Positions 1 to 12,721 of a DNA stretch of 62,000 bases are shown piece after piece (the first letter of the stretch is position 1; the number at the start of each line of letters is the position of its first letter). Source of the DNA: Chiloscyllium plagiosum (lineage: Eukaryota); contig NC_057719.1 of the NCBI RefSeq assembly GCF_004010195.1, positions 51,714,920 to 51,776,919 of the forward strand. The letters run 5' to 3'. The position numbers and the translations under genes are program-made. The notes under the pieces are model-generated. The model was not told the DNA's origin. It did not search any database and was given only the letters and a program-made list of their open reading frames with translations.

Positions 1-890
1 TTGCTTGATTTTAATTTGGCACACAATGGTAGCGATTGTCTTGAAGCGTGGGAACCTCACGTTGTAAGAAGAGGTTAAAGACGTCTGTAAATGCTCCCAC
101 CAGCTGGTCCATGCAGGATCTGACTGCGTAACTGGGGACTCCATCTGGATCAGTTGTTTGCCACAGGTTGACTTACAAGAAGGCTGATCTGACGCCTATG
201 ATGACTGTGGCTGTAGATGCCTGAGGCTGCCATAGTAGGTGACCTCAGTTTGCTGATCTTCTGTACAAAATGAACAGAGTGCATTGTTGTCAGCAATCCA
301 TTTGACTTTACTTTGTGGCCTGTTATATCATGTAAGCTTCACTACAGTTGGCTTGTGTTTGTGTGATTAGTCTTGGACTCTAGTTTAGTCTGATATGGTC
401 TCTTGGCTGTGTGAAAATCGTACCTACATTTCCTGTATATGCCAGGGTTATCTGATTTGGATGCCTCGGACCTGGACTTCAGTGGGGAGTGAATTTTTCA
501 AGTTCATCCGTGATTTCCACATGGGGAACACTCAGATTAACATTTTTGGCAGGTGGTCATATACATGCTTAATAAAGAAGTCTGTGACAGTAGTGGCATA
601 CTCATTTACTTCGGCTGCTGAGTTCTTGAATATGAACTAGTCCACCAACTACAAGCAGTCACAGAGCAGCACTGTCCGACTTTGTATTCCAGATTCTCAC
701 ATTTCAGTTTCTGCTTGTAAGCTGGGAGAAAGAGTGCAGCGTTGTGATCTGACTTATTACAATATGGGTGGAGAAATGAGCAGTAGGCATCTTTGGTTAG
801 ATAGCAATGGTCTCGGTTGTTTGGGCCTCTGGTGGGACAGGAGACGTGTTGGTATCTTAGTAGCACATTCTTTAGGTAACTTCAACTTGG
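1..890 (-). mobile_element. Rex1/Babar-like LINE fragment (end of AP endonuclease into RT), degraded
   Basis: Minus strand gives YQHVSCPTRGPNNRDHCY...SDHNAALFLPAYKQKLK and VNLWQTTDPDGVPSYAVRSCMDQLVGAFTDVFNLFLQREVP, resembling Rex1 ORF motifs. Runs off the window edge. Confidence 0.8.
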
Positions 891-989
891 CCAACCTCTA
901 GCTGAAGTTCTGAGATGTAATCCCCATCAGGGCTCCTTCAGAAATATGGAGCTGTTCTTCCATTCTAACAGTTCTTTCATAGCCCAACA

Positions 990-1383
990 TACCAGGATGT
1001 TGCCAGGTTTGAGTTATAAAGAAAGGCCGGGACGTTTTTTGCTGGAACTTAGGTTGCAAAGCGACCTGATAGAAGTTTATAAAGTAATGAGGCATGGAGT
1101 TAATGGTTTCTTTTCCCTCGGATGGGGGACTTCAAAACTAGGAGGCAAATTTTTATGGTGAGAGGAGAGGGATTTTAAAGGCATGAGAGGCAAGTTCTTT
1201 TGACAGAGGATGGTTTGTGTATGTGGAATGAACTTCCTGAGGAAGTGGTGGATACAGGTACAATTACAACATTTAAAAGATGTTTGAATAGATACATGAA
1301 TAGGAAAGATTTGGAGGGATATGGGCCAGCATGGACTGATTGGAACGAAGGATCTGTTTCCGTGTTGTATGACTTTATAACTG
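990..1383 (+). mobile_element. CR1-clade (HER1-like) LINE 3' fragment
   Basis: TRMLPGLSYKER...DLIEVYKVMR and WNELPEEVVDTGTITTFKRCLNRYMNRK (CR1 ORF2 C-terminus), plus the shared 3' tail tgtttccgtgttgtatgact. Confidence 0.88.
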
Positions 1384-1589
1384 CTGGGGGGAGGCAAGCC
1401 ATGCCCCCATTTCATAGAAGTTGATTGCAATATTCTGAAATTCGAAGGACCAGAATCTCTGGTAATGATTTTGACAGCTGTTGTCTTATCAACTCCTGTC
1501 TATGCTGGTCAGGCCATTGTCATGTACTAATGTACTAAACGTTTACTTATTTTGTGTGTTGGTAACAGAAATCTGAGGATGCTAGCTGG

Positions 1590-1725
1590 CGTTTTATTAA
1601 TTCTTGGGATGCGAGCAGCACTGGCAAGGATGCAGCTTATTGCTCCTGAGTTGGTATTGAACTACTGCAGTACATGTGGTATAGGTACACCCACGATGTT
1701 GTGAGGAAGGGAGTGCCAGGATTTT
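1590..1725 (-). mobile_element. 3' tail fragment of the CR1/L2-group LINE family seen at 2230-3640
   Basis: Reverse complement resembles 3478-3635 (cctgg..ctcc..acaacatcgtgggt..ctgcag..aataa..gccag..catccca). Confidence 0.6.
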
Positions 1726-2229
1726 TAAGTTAGTTCATGAGATATGGATGTCGCTGTCTTGACTAGCATTTAATGCTGATCTCAAATTGCTTTGAACTGA
1801 GTGGCAAAGAATCAGTAGCATTGCAGGTCTGAGTTGTATGTGGACCAGACAAGGGAAGGATGGCAGATTTTCAAAAGGACATAAGTGAACCAGATGGGTT
1901 TTCTGACAATTGCTTATAATGTGGTTACACGTTCGCAGAATTTTTTTATATTGAAGTCAAATTTCGCCATCTACCATGGGGGATTTGAATCGTTTCTCCA
2001 GTACATCAGTCTGACGTTCTGGATCACTAGTCAACATTACCACTGTGTGACTGCATCCCAGAAAAGCAATATGTCAGTCTGTTTGGATTTAAACTGTTTT
2101 TTCCTTGTTTTTAATAATGAATGTGTCATTTGGGTAAATGTATTTCAACAAAGTTACTCTTGTAACGCCCAGTTTAAACTTTAACTGGAATATACTAGTA
2201 CAGTTACAACACGGGCAATTTTTGACATT

Positions 2230-3640
2230 GTCAGGAAGATGCCAAAGTATGTCCTGTACATAAAATGTAGGACAGATCTAACCTGGCCATTTACTGCCAC
2301 ATCAGTCTACTGTTGATCATCAGTTGAGCGATGGAATGTGTCATCAACAGTGCTATAAAGCAGCACCTGCTTAGCAGTAACCTGCTCAGTGACACCCAGT
2401 TTGGGTTCTGCCAGGACCACTCAGGTCCTGACCTCATTACAGCCTTGGTTCAAACATGGACAAAAGAGCTGAATTTGCGAAGTGAGGCGAGAGTGATTGC
2501 CCTTGACATCAAGGCTGCTTTGGAATGAGTATAGCATCAAGGTGCTCGAGCAAAACTGCGATTAGTGGGTATCAGGGGGCAAACTCTCTGGTGGTTAAGA
2601 GTCATACCTGACACACAATGGAAGATGACTGTGGTTGTTGGAGGTCAGTCACCTCAGATGCAGGACATCTGTGTAGGAATTCCTTGGGGTAGTGTTCTAG
2701 GCTTAACCATCTTCAGCTGCTTAATCTCACCTTCTCTCTATCAGGAGGTCAGAAGTGGGGGATGTTCACTGACGATTGCACCATGTTCAGCACCATTCAT
2801 GATGACTCTGACACTGAAGCAGTCCATGTCCAAATGCAACAAGATACGGACAATATACAGTCTTGGGATGACAAGTAACATTTGTGCCACACAAAAGCTA
2901 GGCTATGACCATCACCAGCAAGAGACAATCTAACCACTGCCGCCTCAACACTCAATGGCGTTACCATCACTGAATCCCCTACTATCAACATCTTGGGTGC
3001 TATTGATCAGAAACGCAACAGGTCTCTCTTCATAAATTGCTACAGGAGCAGGTCAGAGGCTAGGAATATTGTGGCAAGTAACTCACCTCCTGACTCCTCA
3101 AAGCCTATCCATCTACAAGGCACAAATCAGGAATGTGGTGGAATCCTCCCCACTTGTCTGGGTGAGTGCAGCCCCAACACCACTCAAGAAGCTTGACATC
3201 ATCCAGGACAAAAAATGGTTTGCATTACATCCATAAGCATCCAGTCCCTCCCACCAACAATGTTCAGAAGCAGCAGTGTGTAGCATCTACAAGATGCACT
3301 GCAAAAATTTACCAATGATCCTCAGACAGCACCTTCTAAACCCACAACCACTTCCATTTAGAAAGCCAATTGCAGCCAATATATGGGAACACCAGCACTT
3401 TCAAGTTCCCCTCCAAGCCACACACCATCCTGACTTGGTAATATATCATCATTCCTTCACTGTTGGCTGGGTCAAAAATCCTGGAATTTCCTCCCTAATG
3501 GCATTGTGGGTCACCTTTCTACAGGTGGATTGCAGCAGTTCAAGAAGGCAGCTCACCAACACCTTCTCATGGGCATCTCTGGACAGGCAATAAATGCTGG
3601 CCAACCAGCGATGCCCACATCCCACAAAATGAATAAAATC
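2230..3640 (+). mobile_element. CR1/L2-group LINE, 5'-truncated RT plus 3' tail, degraded
   Basis: LSDTQFGFCQDHSGPDLI...VIALDIKAA, GIPWGSVLGLTIF and an FTDDCT-like catalytic motif; tail ggcaataaatgctggcc...cccacatccca..aatgaataaaa. Confidence 0.85.
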
Positions 3641-4236
3641 TGGTCACATCAGTAGTTTACTATATGAAATTTCTACTTTCTTTTTGAATAAACCTAAGCT
3701 GAGCAAAGGTTGACTTTGGCTTTATTTTTTTCCTTCACCAACTGGCTATCAGGCATACAACACAGATAAACTGTTATGAATGTAGGTAGTATGGGGTTTT
3801 TTTTTGAGCCACAATTGAATTCTCATCTTACGACACCAAAATTTTGCAGACTTGGTTAATCTTTGGCCAATGGCAGTGATTAAGTTGATGGCTTGTAAAT
3901 GTTAAAAATGTGGACTGAAAATGAAGGATTCATTTTTCTAAATATTTAATTGGAGGCAATTTCTGCTAATCCAGTACAGGATATTGGAAAAGCAGTCTGA
4001 TAGATTGGCAAAAGTGGAGGAATTGAGAGATGGTAGTGTGGAATGTCAGAATCATAGACCAATTCATCCATGCCAACCAGATGTCCCAATCTGACCTAGT
4101 CCCATTTGCCAGAATTTGGCCCATCTACCTCCCACTCTATCCTGTTGTCAGCATTGTGAAAGAAACTGTCTTATTTATTTACATTTGTAACATCTTGTAT
4201 TTTAAATTTGGGTTTTGAATTTTGATTTAGTAACAT

Positions 4237-4485
4237 ATTGGTTCCGAGTCTGAAGTTGAGAATTAACTTCTAAGTATTTCTGTAGCTGTAGTGATTTATT
4301 TTGTAACACGGTGGCACAGTGGTTAGCACTGCTGCCTCGCATCGCCAGAGACCCGGGTTCAAATTGGTTCCGAGTCTGAAGTTGAGAATTAACTTCTAAG
4401 TATTTCTGTAGCTGTAGTGATTTATTTTGTAACACGGCACAGTGGTTAGCACTGCTGCCTCGCATCGCCAGAGACCCGGGTTCAA
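4237..4485. repeat. Tandem duplication of 126 and 123 bp (flank plus SINE head)
   Basis: 4237-4362 and 4363-4485 are identical except for a 3-nt indel (cggtggcac vs cggcac). Confidence 0.95.
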
Positions 4486-4677
4486 TTCCCGCCTCAGGCA
4501 ACTGACTGTGTGGAGTTTACACATTCTCCCCGTGTCTGCGTGGGTGAATTGGCCATGCTAAATTGTCTGTAGTGTTAGGTAAGGGGTATGGGTGGTTTGC
4601 GCTTCGGCGGGTCGGTGTGGACTTGTTGGGTCGAAGGGCCTGTTTCCACATTGTAAAGTAATCTAACCTAATCTAAT
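4308..4677 (+). mobile_element. HE1-type tRNA-derived SINE with duplicated 5' head
   Basis: A box tggcacagtggttagc, B box gggttcaattccc, central tgtgtggagttt..attctccccgtgtctgcgtgggt, HER1-like tail gggcctgtttccac and (taatc)n end. Confidence 0.9.
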
Positions 4678-5479
4678 TCGTGAAGGCTCTTTTGGCAGCT
4701 TGGTGGATTTTTGTTTACTTCAGCATTTTACAACTTAAGGTGAACTATTGTGCTTCAAGATTGCTATTTGAAATTTCCGTACTGGGGTTTTTTCCAGCTT
4801 GAGAGAAATGCCCACAGAGAGAGAGACTTTTTTTTGTTTCAGTTTTACATTGTTTTCCAAAAGTCCTGTGAAGTTCTTGCATAGAGATGCATACATGAGT
4901 TCTCAATGTGGAGAATGTTATAAAGAAGATTGCGTTAGAGTAACGAATTAATGGCAGTTCCAGGCTGGAACTGTTGAGATAAAACCCGAAGAGGAGTTGA
5001 AAACTGTTTGTTTCATCTTAAGTTTGTGATGATTCTAAAAATAAACTGTTGGAGGTTGCCTTCAGAGTTAGTTACTTTAAACCTGACAAGGTACTTATAA
5101 AGGAAAGGATTGTGGTGTGAGTTCTGTACAAGAGTTGCTGTTAGCTCCTGTACTAGGAATGTTAACTTGGTTTTGAAACCTGTTTTGCAAAAGAAATGTT
5201 TTGCAAATAATGGGATTACACTTATTTACTGTGCATTTTAAAACTTTGTGTTATAAGTCAATAGATTGGTTATTTTCTTTTGCTTAATAAACTTTTGTTT
5301 TATTGTCGAAACAAAATCTGCCACATTGCATGCTTCAGTTGCACTGAGAGAGTACCTTGTTCAAACCAGAACAAAACAATGGTTTCAGTCTGGAAACGGA
5401 CTTGTCCAGTCATAACATCAGCGATGTCCAAACTCATGCTGCACAATTCAATAATGCCATCATAGGAAAACAAATGGGT

Positions 5480-6130
5480 GAATGATAGGAGAGGACCAAG
5501 GATATATGGTGGGAAAACCTCAGTGGTGTTGGTTTGTGAGTAAGAAGGTCAGCTATCATGTGTTCCTGTGGAGGGTGGCATGGTCAAAGGCAGGCTCAGG
5601 AGGACAAGGAAGTAAAGTTTACATTTTGTCCCAATCTCTGTCATTTGTGACTTTGAGCCATTTCAAACTGTTGTAAGGGTGGAAACCTGAATGGAAGGAG
5701 TCAAATAAAAATGGCACTGATTTGGAAGGCATCTACAGAATTTTGGAGAGGAAGGAGAGATTGGTGATGGGATGGTAATTTGCGAGGATAGTGGGACCAT
5801 TAATTTTCTTTTTTGAAAGAGGAGTGATAGCATCAGATTTAAAGGAGCAAAGGACAGCATGCGAAGATAATCGATATTGTTAACAATATCATCTAACATG
5901 GGGACCACGAGGGGAAGTTTGGTGGTCAACAAGTTAGTCAGATTAAGTTGAGGGGGGAGGAGCAGGGTCTTGTGGCATATAATAAGATAGATGAGGGCAA
6001 AAGACAAGACTGGAGAGGAAACAAGAAAGATAAATTCAGGCTAGGGCAGATGGGAGCTTTAAAGAAGGCTTGGCCTGGTGGACTAGTGGAAGGAGTGAAT
6101 ACGACAGAGAAATCATCTTAATGTCAAAGA
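5480..6130 (-). mobile_element. L2-like LINE fragment, degraded
   Basis: Minus strand reads GPTILANYHPITNLSFLSK (cf. L2 DP..LANYRPISNLPFLSK) and LTTKLPLVVPMLDDIVN. Confidence 0.7.
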
Positions 6131-6739
6131 CATGTGTGAGCTCTTTCTACTTATTGCCATTTAACTCAGTTCAATACATTTTTGTTTTGCTGTGGTTGGA
6201 GAAGATAGAAGAATGTTGCGGCAGCAGCAGAGCACAAATGAAACTACATGATTAAAATTTATAACTTGTATGTAACGATTGGTCACCACTTTAAATATTG
6301 CATATTTCAGTGGTTCACACTTTATGCTTTTGTTGCTTTAGCTGAAGCTCATACTTGCCTTTGGGAATCTAGGTAGCCTTAACTCTCTGCCAGTTATCAA
6401 TTTCATAATGTGCTTTTGGTGTTGACTTTGTGCCACTGAAATGCTATACCAGTATCAAAAGTGCAGTATCAAACCAGAAGAACCGAAGGTCCAGTTAGGG
6501 ATAAGTAACTTTGTTACATATATGTGTACTATATACTGGTGTGAAAGCGAGAAAAGAAGTAGATTATATGGTCAAAGGAACTATCTATGAATACCTGTTT
6601 GACAGGTTTGACTTTGTGATATTGTCAGCTGGTATAGAATTCCCCCTGAAATTTTAGTACTAGGAATGAGATCCAAACCTTCTCAACTCAATTATTATGA
6701 CACATGAAACCATCAATGAAGGGATGATCTGAATTTAAG

Positions 6740-6910
6740 TTCCAGATTTGACAGCATTTAGCAACGTTTGAAGGTTGAAAAACCAAGTTAACGTTTCTAG
6801 TTGATGTGACTTTTTAGAACTGCTCAGATGCTGCCAGACCTGCTGAAGTTCTCCATCGTTTTCTGTTTTAATGTTAGATTTCCAGCATCTGCAGTACTTT
6901 GCTTTTATTT
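6740..6910. repeat. Penelope-terminus-related short repeat
   Basis: cagatgctgccagacctgctg..ttctcca and gatttccagcatctgcagta motifs, shared with 10453-10585, 27820-27950, 38275-38370, 59185-59325 and 61925-62000. Confidence 0.6.
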
Positions 6911-7151
6911 AAAGGCATGGTGTTCTACTTGCTGAAGTACAAACATCTACCTCTGTTTCAATCAAATAACAGCCATGCATTTACTGAGCACGCTTTGGTA
7001 ACTGCCATATGAAAAAGAAACTCTAAAGTAGCTATGATATCGCCCAACTATTGTTAGTGGTTGGAGGTTTGGCATGGCGAATCTCTTTATTCCAGCTACA
7101 TGGTGTATATGTAGTAGTGATGCAATTTTATGTATCTATTTATCTATTTAG

Positions 7152-7236
7152 GTTAAAGCTGTCCAATGACGAGATTAAACGTGCTATTTTAACAATGGAT
7201 GAACAAGAGGATCTACCTAAGGACATGCTTGAACAG
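7152..7236 (+). CDS. DAAM1: DAAM1 internal coding exon (FH2 domain)
   Basis: tttag|G acceptor and CAG|gtac donor; 85 nt; encodes (R)[28 protein letters not shown], matching vertebrate DAAM1 FH2 as recalled. Confidence 0.96.
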
Positions 7237-7811
7237 GTACTACATTGGTTTTGAAGCATTTTGTTCTGTGGTTGTACTAGATGGGGCTGTGTCAGGGAGG
7301 CTATATCACTTCCATGGTAAATTATATTTTAAAAGTGAATGGCCACCACACATCAGGTTGGAAGATAAATCTTCACTGTGCCACTTTGAACAGATTGCTG
7401 CAAGTGGAAAGAGTTTAGAAATGAGTATCCTTCTCCTGAAAGGGAATACCGTATCTCCACTTCTCTTTCTTAATAGGAATCTTGACCAGAAGGGATGCAG
7501 CTGAGGACAGGTGAAGTGCAGGATCTGTTGGTTAAACATTGATTTGCTTTTGGGTATGTGAATGACATTGTATGGGTGAAGGATTATCAGCCATTGTGAA
7601 CACTGTGGCTTTTTGGTTGCTGTCCATTTATGTTGTCAGTGAGCGGCAACATTAGATTGCCACAACAGGTCCAGCTGAACAGCAATATTTTAAAAATGGC
7701 ATGGTCCCAGGTTTGCTAGTCATTTGGTGGATATCTGCTGTGTGGTGGGTTTTTCCAGGAATGGAATGTTTCAAAATAGGGACAGAATTAAACATGATGG
7801 ATGATGTAGAG

Positions 7812-8030
7812 CCAGAGTAGATAGATAATAAGTGACTTGGAGACAGTAAGGACTGCAGAGGGTGGAAACCAGATTCAATACATGTGAAGCTGGAAAGGTA
7901 CAACAGATCAGACAGCTTGGGGCTGAAACCTCTTGTCCTGATGAAAGGTTTCGTCCTGAAACATTTGACTTTCCTGTTCCTTGGATACTTCTGACCTGCT
8001 GTGCTTTGCCAGCTTCACATCTATTGACTC
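7812..8030. repeat. Inverted pair of Penelope-like termini with a decayed hammerhead
   Basis: Left arm tgtgaagctggaaaggtacaacagatcag is the inverted complement of right arm ctgacctgctgtgctttgccagcttcaca; gtc-CTGATGA-aagg..cct-GAAA-cattt-gac lies at 7935-7969. Confidence 0.7.
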
Positions 8031-10089
8031 TAGGTAGCTAATAAGGTGCATTGGCAAGCTTGTAAGAAATCTTGCTGGGTCTTAGTGGCAAGAATACCTT
8101 CAAAACATTTGCCACTGTTCTCACTAACAGTCACCCCTGTGTCTTGAGGGCAGATGCATGGGTGACCGGTCGGATGTAGTTGAAGGTCCTGTCAGCCACG
8201 AGGCAGGAAGCTACAGTTATGGAAGAAGGAAGCTATGTCAGTAGTACTGTAGTGTTAGAGGGCATAGCTTGATACAAGAATGAGTACTTTGCAGTTGCTT
8301 TCATCAAGAAAGTTGCTGCTGCTAACTACATTTGTGGAAATGGAGGCAGTTGAGAGACAGGAATGACTAAAAATTAGTAAAGCAAAGATTCCCTGTACAT
8401 AAAAGTTTGTCCCCACAATCAGGAGAAGAACATCTGAGGATGTAATAGAAGGAAGGTTTTGCAGAGATAGCTAACTAATAATCTTCCAAACCTAGTTGGA
8501 ATTCATTAGATTGTGAATCTTGAGGCAGTAGAAGCCCTTGATATAAACTGGATTTTGGATTAGCAGTCTGACTAAATTTGTTTTATTCTTGGTACATAAG
8601 CCAATGCAGTATTGGCAATAAAACTGCCAGTAACTCAGGTTATTTAGATATGTGCATATTCAGGGTCTATTTAGACATTTTTTTACATCCACCTGAAATT
8701 TTTATTAAAAATAAATACCATACTTCTGTTAAGTTTGGCACTATTTCAAAAAAGATTTTTAATTGTGGATTTAATTTTTTTTTGATCTGAAACACAAGAC
8801 CTCTTTAAAGTTAAGTGATTTGTAAAAGGGTTTGAATAATGGATTCTGAATTACATGTGGTTTACAATTTGAAAATACGGACAGCTTTTGTATTCAAGTT
8901 TGACGTACATAATGTTGCTTTGGGGTGATAGAAGCTGGCTCATTACTTTTATAGGAATCTCCTTGCACCTTAATCACTTCTCTTTCATCAATTCAGCTTC
9001 ATGCTGCCACATCTGACTGCCATTAGTCAACTGAGTGGAGACAGCTGGTTACAGTTTAAAATACGAACAAATAAAGCAGTAGTTCTTTCAAGCTAGTATG
9101 AATTAGGATCTTTGTAATATAGTCCAGATCAAGGGTCCTTTTTCCTTAAGATGAAGGGAAAGCATTAAAGAGCATCAGTCATTACCAACCATTAGAAGTC
9201 ACACAAAGCAGAAAGTAACCTGAGGAAAATACAATTTCACAACTACTTCAAGTACTCGACTCTCTTGTAAGATTTGTATTATGAAACTTGAAATTTTATT
9301 GATATTTTTATCGTGAAGTTCACGTCAAGATTAAATTGCCTGAATCCATAGGAAAGCAAAAATTTGTGGAGGGTGCCAAAGGTCTATTACAACATTGAAT
9401 TCAAGAGGGAATGCACCATTTTGGCAAAGAGGTTTATTGGATATTTTAATTAACATAAACCTTTTTACTTATTTTTTTACTAAATTTGTAAAAGAAACAT
9501 TAAATTGAGACATTTTTAAAAGATGTTGTAAAAGGTTTGGTTAGTTTTGAATGTCAATACTTCAGACAAATAGAATATTTGATGCTCAGTTAACTTGACT
9601 ATACCACATTTCGCCAATGTTGTAATAATTTATTCATATGTGAGAGCTCAAAATATTTTGCTATACTCTGGTTTCCAGATCGAATTCAGATAGTGCTTTT
9701 GAAAGTGTTTTTGCACCGCTTCCCTAAAAAGGTTTCTTATTTTTGCGTGACTCCTTCTGGCTCTATTTATCTGAATGATTGTAGAGTAGACTTGCGTAGT
9801 TATTGATTATGGACTTGATTGAAATGAGTTTGGACAGTGAATAATGGTAGGATATTTGACCAAGTTTCACAGCTTAAGGTGATCTTCTTTTTGACTAAGA
9901 CTCTCCCTGGAGCATGATTAGGAGTTACACAAAATTAAACTCAGATCACCTCATGTATTATATGGCAAATCAAACTCGGTATCTATATATCAACTGATGC
10001 TGGAGAAATAGTGTTCCTAATACCAGCAAGTGTGTTGGTTTATATGTCTAACCTGATGTAGAAATTTTCTGAAGGCTGAGACCTCTGAA

Positions 10090-10430
10090 ATCATAAGATC
10101 CTTGTAGTATGGACAGAGGCCATTTTGCCCATTTGAGTCTGCACTGACCCTTTGAAGAGCGTCCCACCCAAATCACATTCCCTGTCACCCTGCATTTACT
10201 ATGGCTAATCCACCTAGCATGCACATCCGTGGACACTATGGACAGTTTAATGTGGCCAATACACCTAATCTGCATATCTTTGGATTGTGGAAATGATTCA
10301 GTGCACCCAGAGTAAACCTATGCAGAAACAGGGAGAATGTGCGAACTCTGCATAGTCCTCCAAGGCTGGAATCCAATCCCGGTTCCTGACGCTGTGAGGC
10401 AGCGTACTAACCTCTGAGCCACCTGCTGCC
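10090..10430 (-). mobile_element. HE1-type SINE, diverged
   Basis: Reverse complement gives gggcagcaggtggctcagaggttagtacgctgcctcacagcg (head), gagttcgcacattctccc (core) and a HER1-like tail. Confidence 0.85.
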
Positions 10431-10452
10431 CAATTATTGGTAGACATCTCCC

Positions 10453-10488
10453 AATCCTGATGAAGGGCTTTTGCCCGAAACGTTGATT
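10453..10488 (+). ncRNA. Minimal type I hammerhead ribozyme motif (Penelope-associated)
   Basis: Stem I AAUC/GAUU, core CUGAUGA, one extra A, stem II GGGC-UUUU-GCCC, GAAA, palindromic loopless stem III (ACGU), cleavage triplet GUU. Confidence 0.75.
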
Positions 10489-10585
10489 CTCCTACTCCTT
10501 GTATGCTGCCTGACCTGCTGTGCTTTTCCACCACCACATTCACAACTCTAATCTCCAGTATCTGCAATTCTTATTTTCGCCTAGT
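10453..10585 (+). mobile_element. Penelope-like element terminal remnant
   Basis: The same sequence forms the 3' end of the RT-bearing Penelope-like fragment at 58925-59325. Confidence 0.75.
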
Positions 10586-10885
10586 TGATTTTAACCTCTC
10601 AATCCTTGCCTAATCGTTTTAGGTTGGATTCTTTCCCTGTGGAAGAGAATTTTTTTTATAGTTGCATTTTAGATAATTAACCTAGTTACGTTTAAAAAAA
10701 AATTCAAGAATAGAATCTGAGAACCACGTTGGCACACTGAATTGATCTGTCCTACCTAACAACATTATAGCTAGAAATGATCCTTCAGTTGTGGAGCAGT
10801 TTCTTAAAAGGGGCCAGTGGCTCCCTATGTGGGGAGATGAAAAATGGCAAGGTACTTGACTTTGGGCTATTTTTCTATAATCTAG

Positions 10886-11239
<354 letters not shown>

Positions 11240-11627
11240 TAAATTGGTGGAATGATTTTGTGCCAGCATTTTGTTTGTTACAGTATTAGGGCACGTGTTC
11301 TTCTCTGCAAGTGGTAAGTGTTCATTAATGTTAGCTATAGAAATGAATTGCAGGGCACTTTTGTGAACTTGTAGGCTGGTTGAATATTAATTCTTTTGGA
11401 TAAAACAAAACATAAGAAAATACACAGTCTGACCAAAGAGTTTGTGTATTGAAATAATTATATTCTTTTTAATAAACCATAACATGTTTGCAGTAATAAT
11501 TACTATTGCACAATGGCACTTAGTTTCATTGGATTTCCTGAAACTGACTATTGTCAGAAACAAATTTATTTTTGTGCTTGGACACTGACTGACCGTAGTT
11601 TATTTGGTAATGTTATCGAGTGAAAGA

Positions 11628-11791
11628 TGGTCAGTTAGCTCAGTTGAGTATATGGCTGGTTTGTGACACGCAGTGCCATCAGTGGCTGAGGTCACCATAA
11701 CTGTCCTGCTGCCTTAAACTCAACACCAGTCATGCCTCTGTAATGAGAGAGCAGTGTTATGGTCATCTAGGACTGTGGCAACTTTACTTTT
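11628..11791 (+). mobile_element. Short tRNA-derived SINE remnant
   Basis: ggtcagttagctcagttg A-box-like head and tail tatggtcatctaggactgtggcaactttactttt; the B box appears deleted. Confidence 0.5.
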
Positions 11792-12340
11792 GCTAGACTG
11801 AAAGACTTACAGATACGATGCTATGCCATAACTTGATATTGTTTAGAGACTTCCATTGCCTTTAAATTAAATTAAGGAATTAAGGTAAATAAAAAGGAAT
11901 GAAATTCAGCTTCAGTTGTGGTGCAAAGTGGACAGCAACAGATTGATCAGCAGTTGTAAGACCTCCCACCCCACTTCCCTTCTCCTTCCTGTTGAAATCA
12001 CTAGAATGTGAATTTTGGTTGGATGCATCATGAGTGATTGCTCGGTTTATCTGGTGACCCAGCCAAAATTGAATTTCACCACCAAGGACCCAAGTGGAAG
12101 TAACAGATCAGTTTAAGACTAACTTGTATGTGTGCGTTCAAAACCATTTTTGCAGGTCTCAAACTTAAAATATATTGTTTCAGTATGTCATACCCTAATG
12201 TTAAAATGTCATTGTTAGAAAAGAAATGTACATTGCTACTGGAATGATCTGATTGATTTACTTGATGGCAATTTTCAGTCAGAATTCTGGCAATCAGACA
12301 CTGCATTCATGTTCACATGGATTATTTTTATCTTTACTAG

Positions 12341-12429
12341 AATTCCCCACTACCAGCAAAGATTACAGTCCCTCTATTTCAAGAAAAAATTTGCTGAAAG
12401 AGTGGCTGAAATTAAACCCAAAGTTGAAG
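12341..12429 (+). CDS. DAAM1: DAAM1 internal coding exon (FH2)
   Basis: tttactag| acceptor and G|gtataa donor; 89 nt; [29 protein letters not shown]; phases consistent. Confidence 0.96.
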
Positions 12430-12721
12430 GTATAACCTCTGTTCTTATCATTTTTCCTTGCTTTAGTATTTCTGGGATTGTTAACATTCAAACTAGATAA
12501 GTTTGCCATCATTACTTAAGAATAACCAATGGAAATTGGTCTTCATTTTCTTCAATGTCACTTCACTTGTCCTGTTATGCAAAATATTTAGCTATGTGCA
12601 AAAAAATTTCCAATAGGTTTAGAATAAATAATTTCACAGAATTATGGAATTGTTCCAGCATAGAAGGAGATAGTTTGTCCATAATCACGGTGCTGGCTCA
12701 CAAGGTATTTTTAACCTCATC

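Larger units (their letters stand above)
3772..5417 (+). mobile_element. Putative old solo LTR carrying nested SINE/CR1 pieces
   Basis: Begins TGTTATGA and ends TCATAACA (8-bp inverted termini, as in the element at 25954-26652); AATAAA near 5286. Flanks taaac/tcagc are not a clean TSD. Confidence 0.4.

Noticed and set aside
4308..4495. tRNA genes (also at 57144 and 36528)
   Set aside because: A and B boxes continue into SINE bodies; these are tRNA-derived heads, not complete cloverleaf tRNAs.
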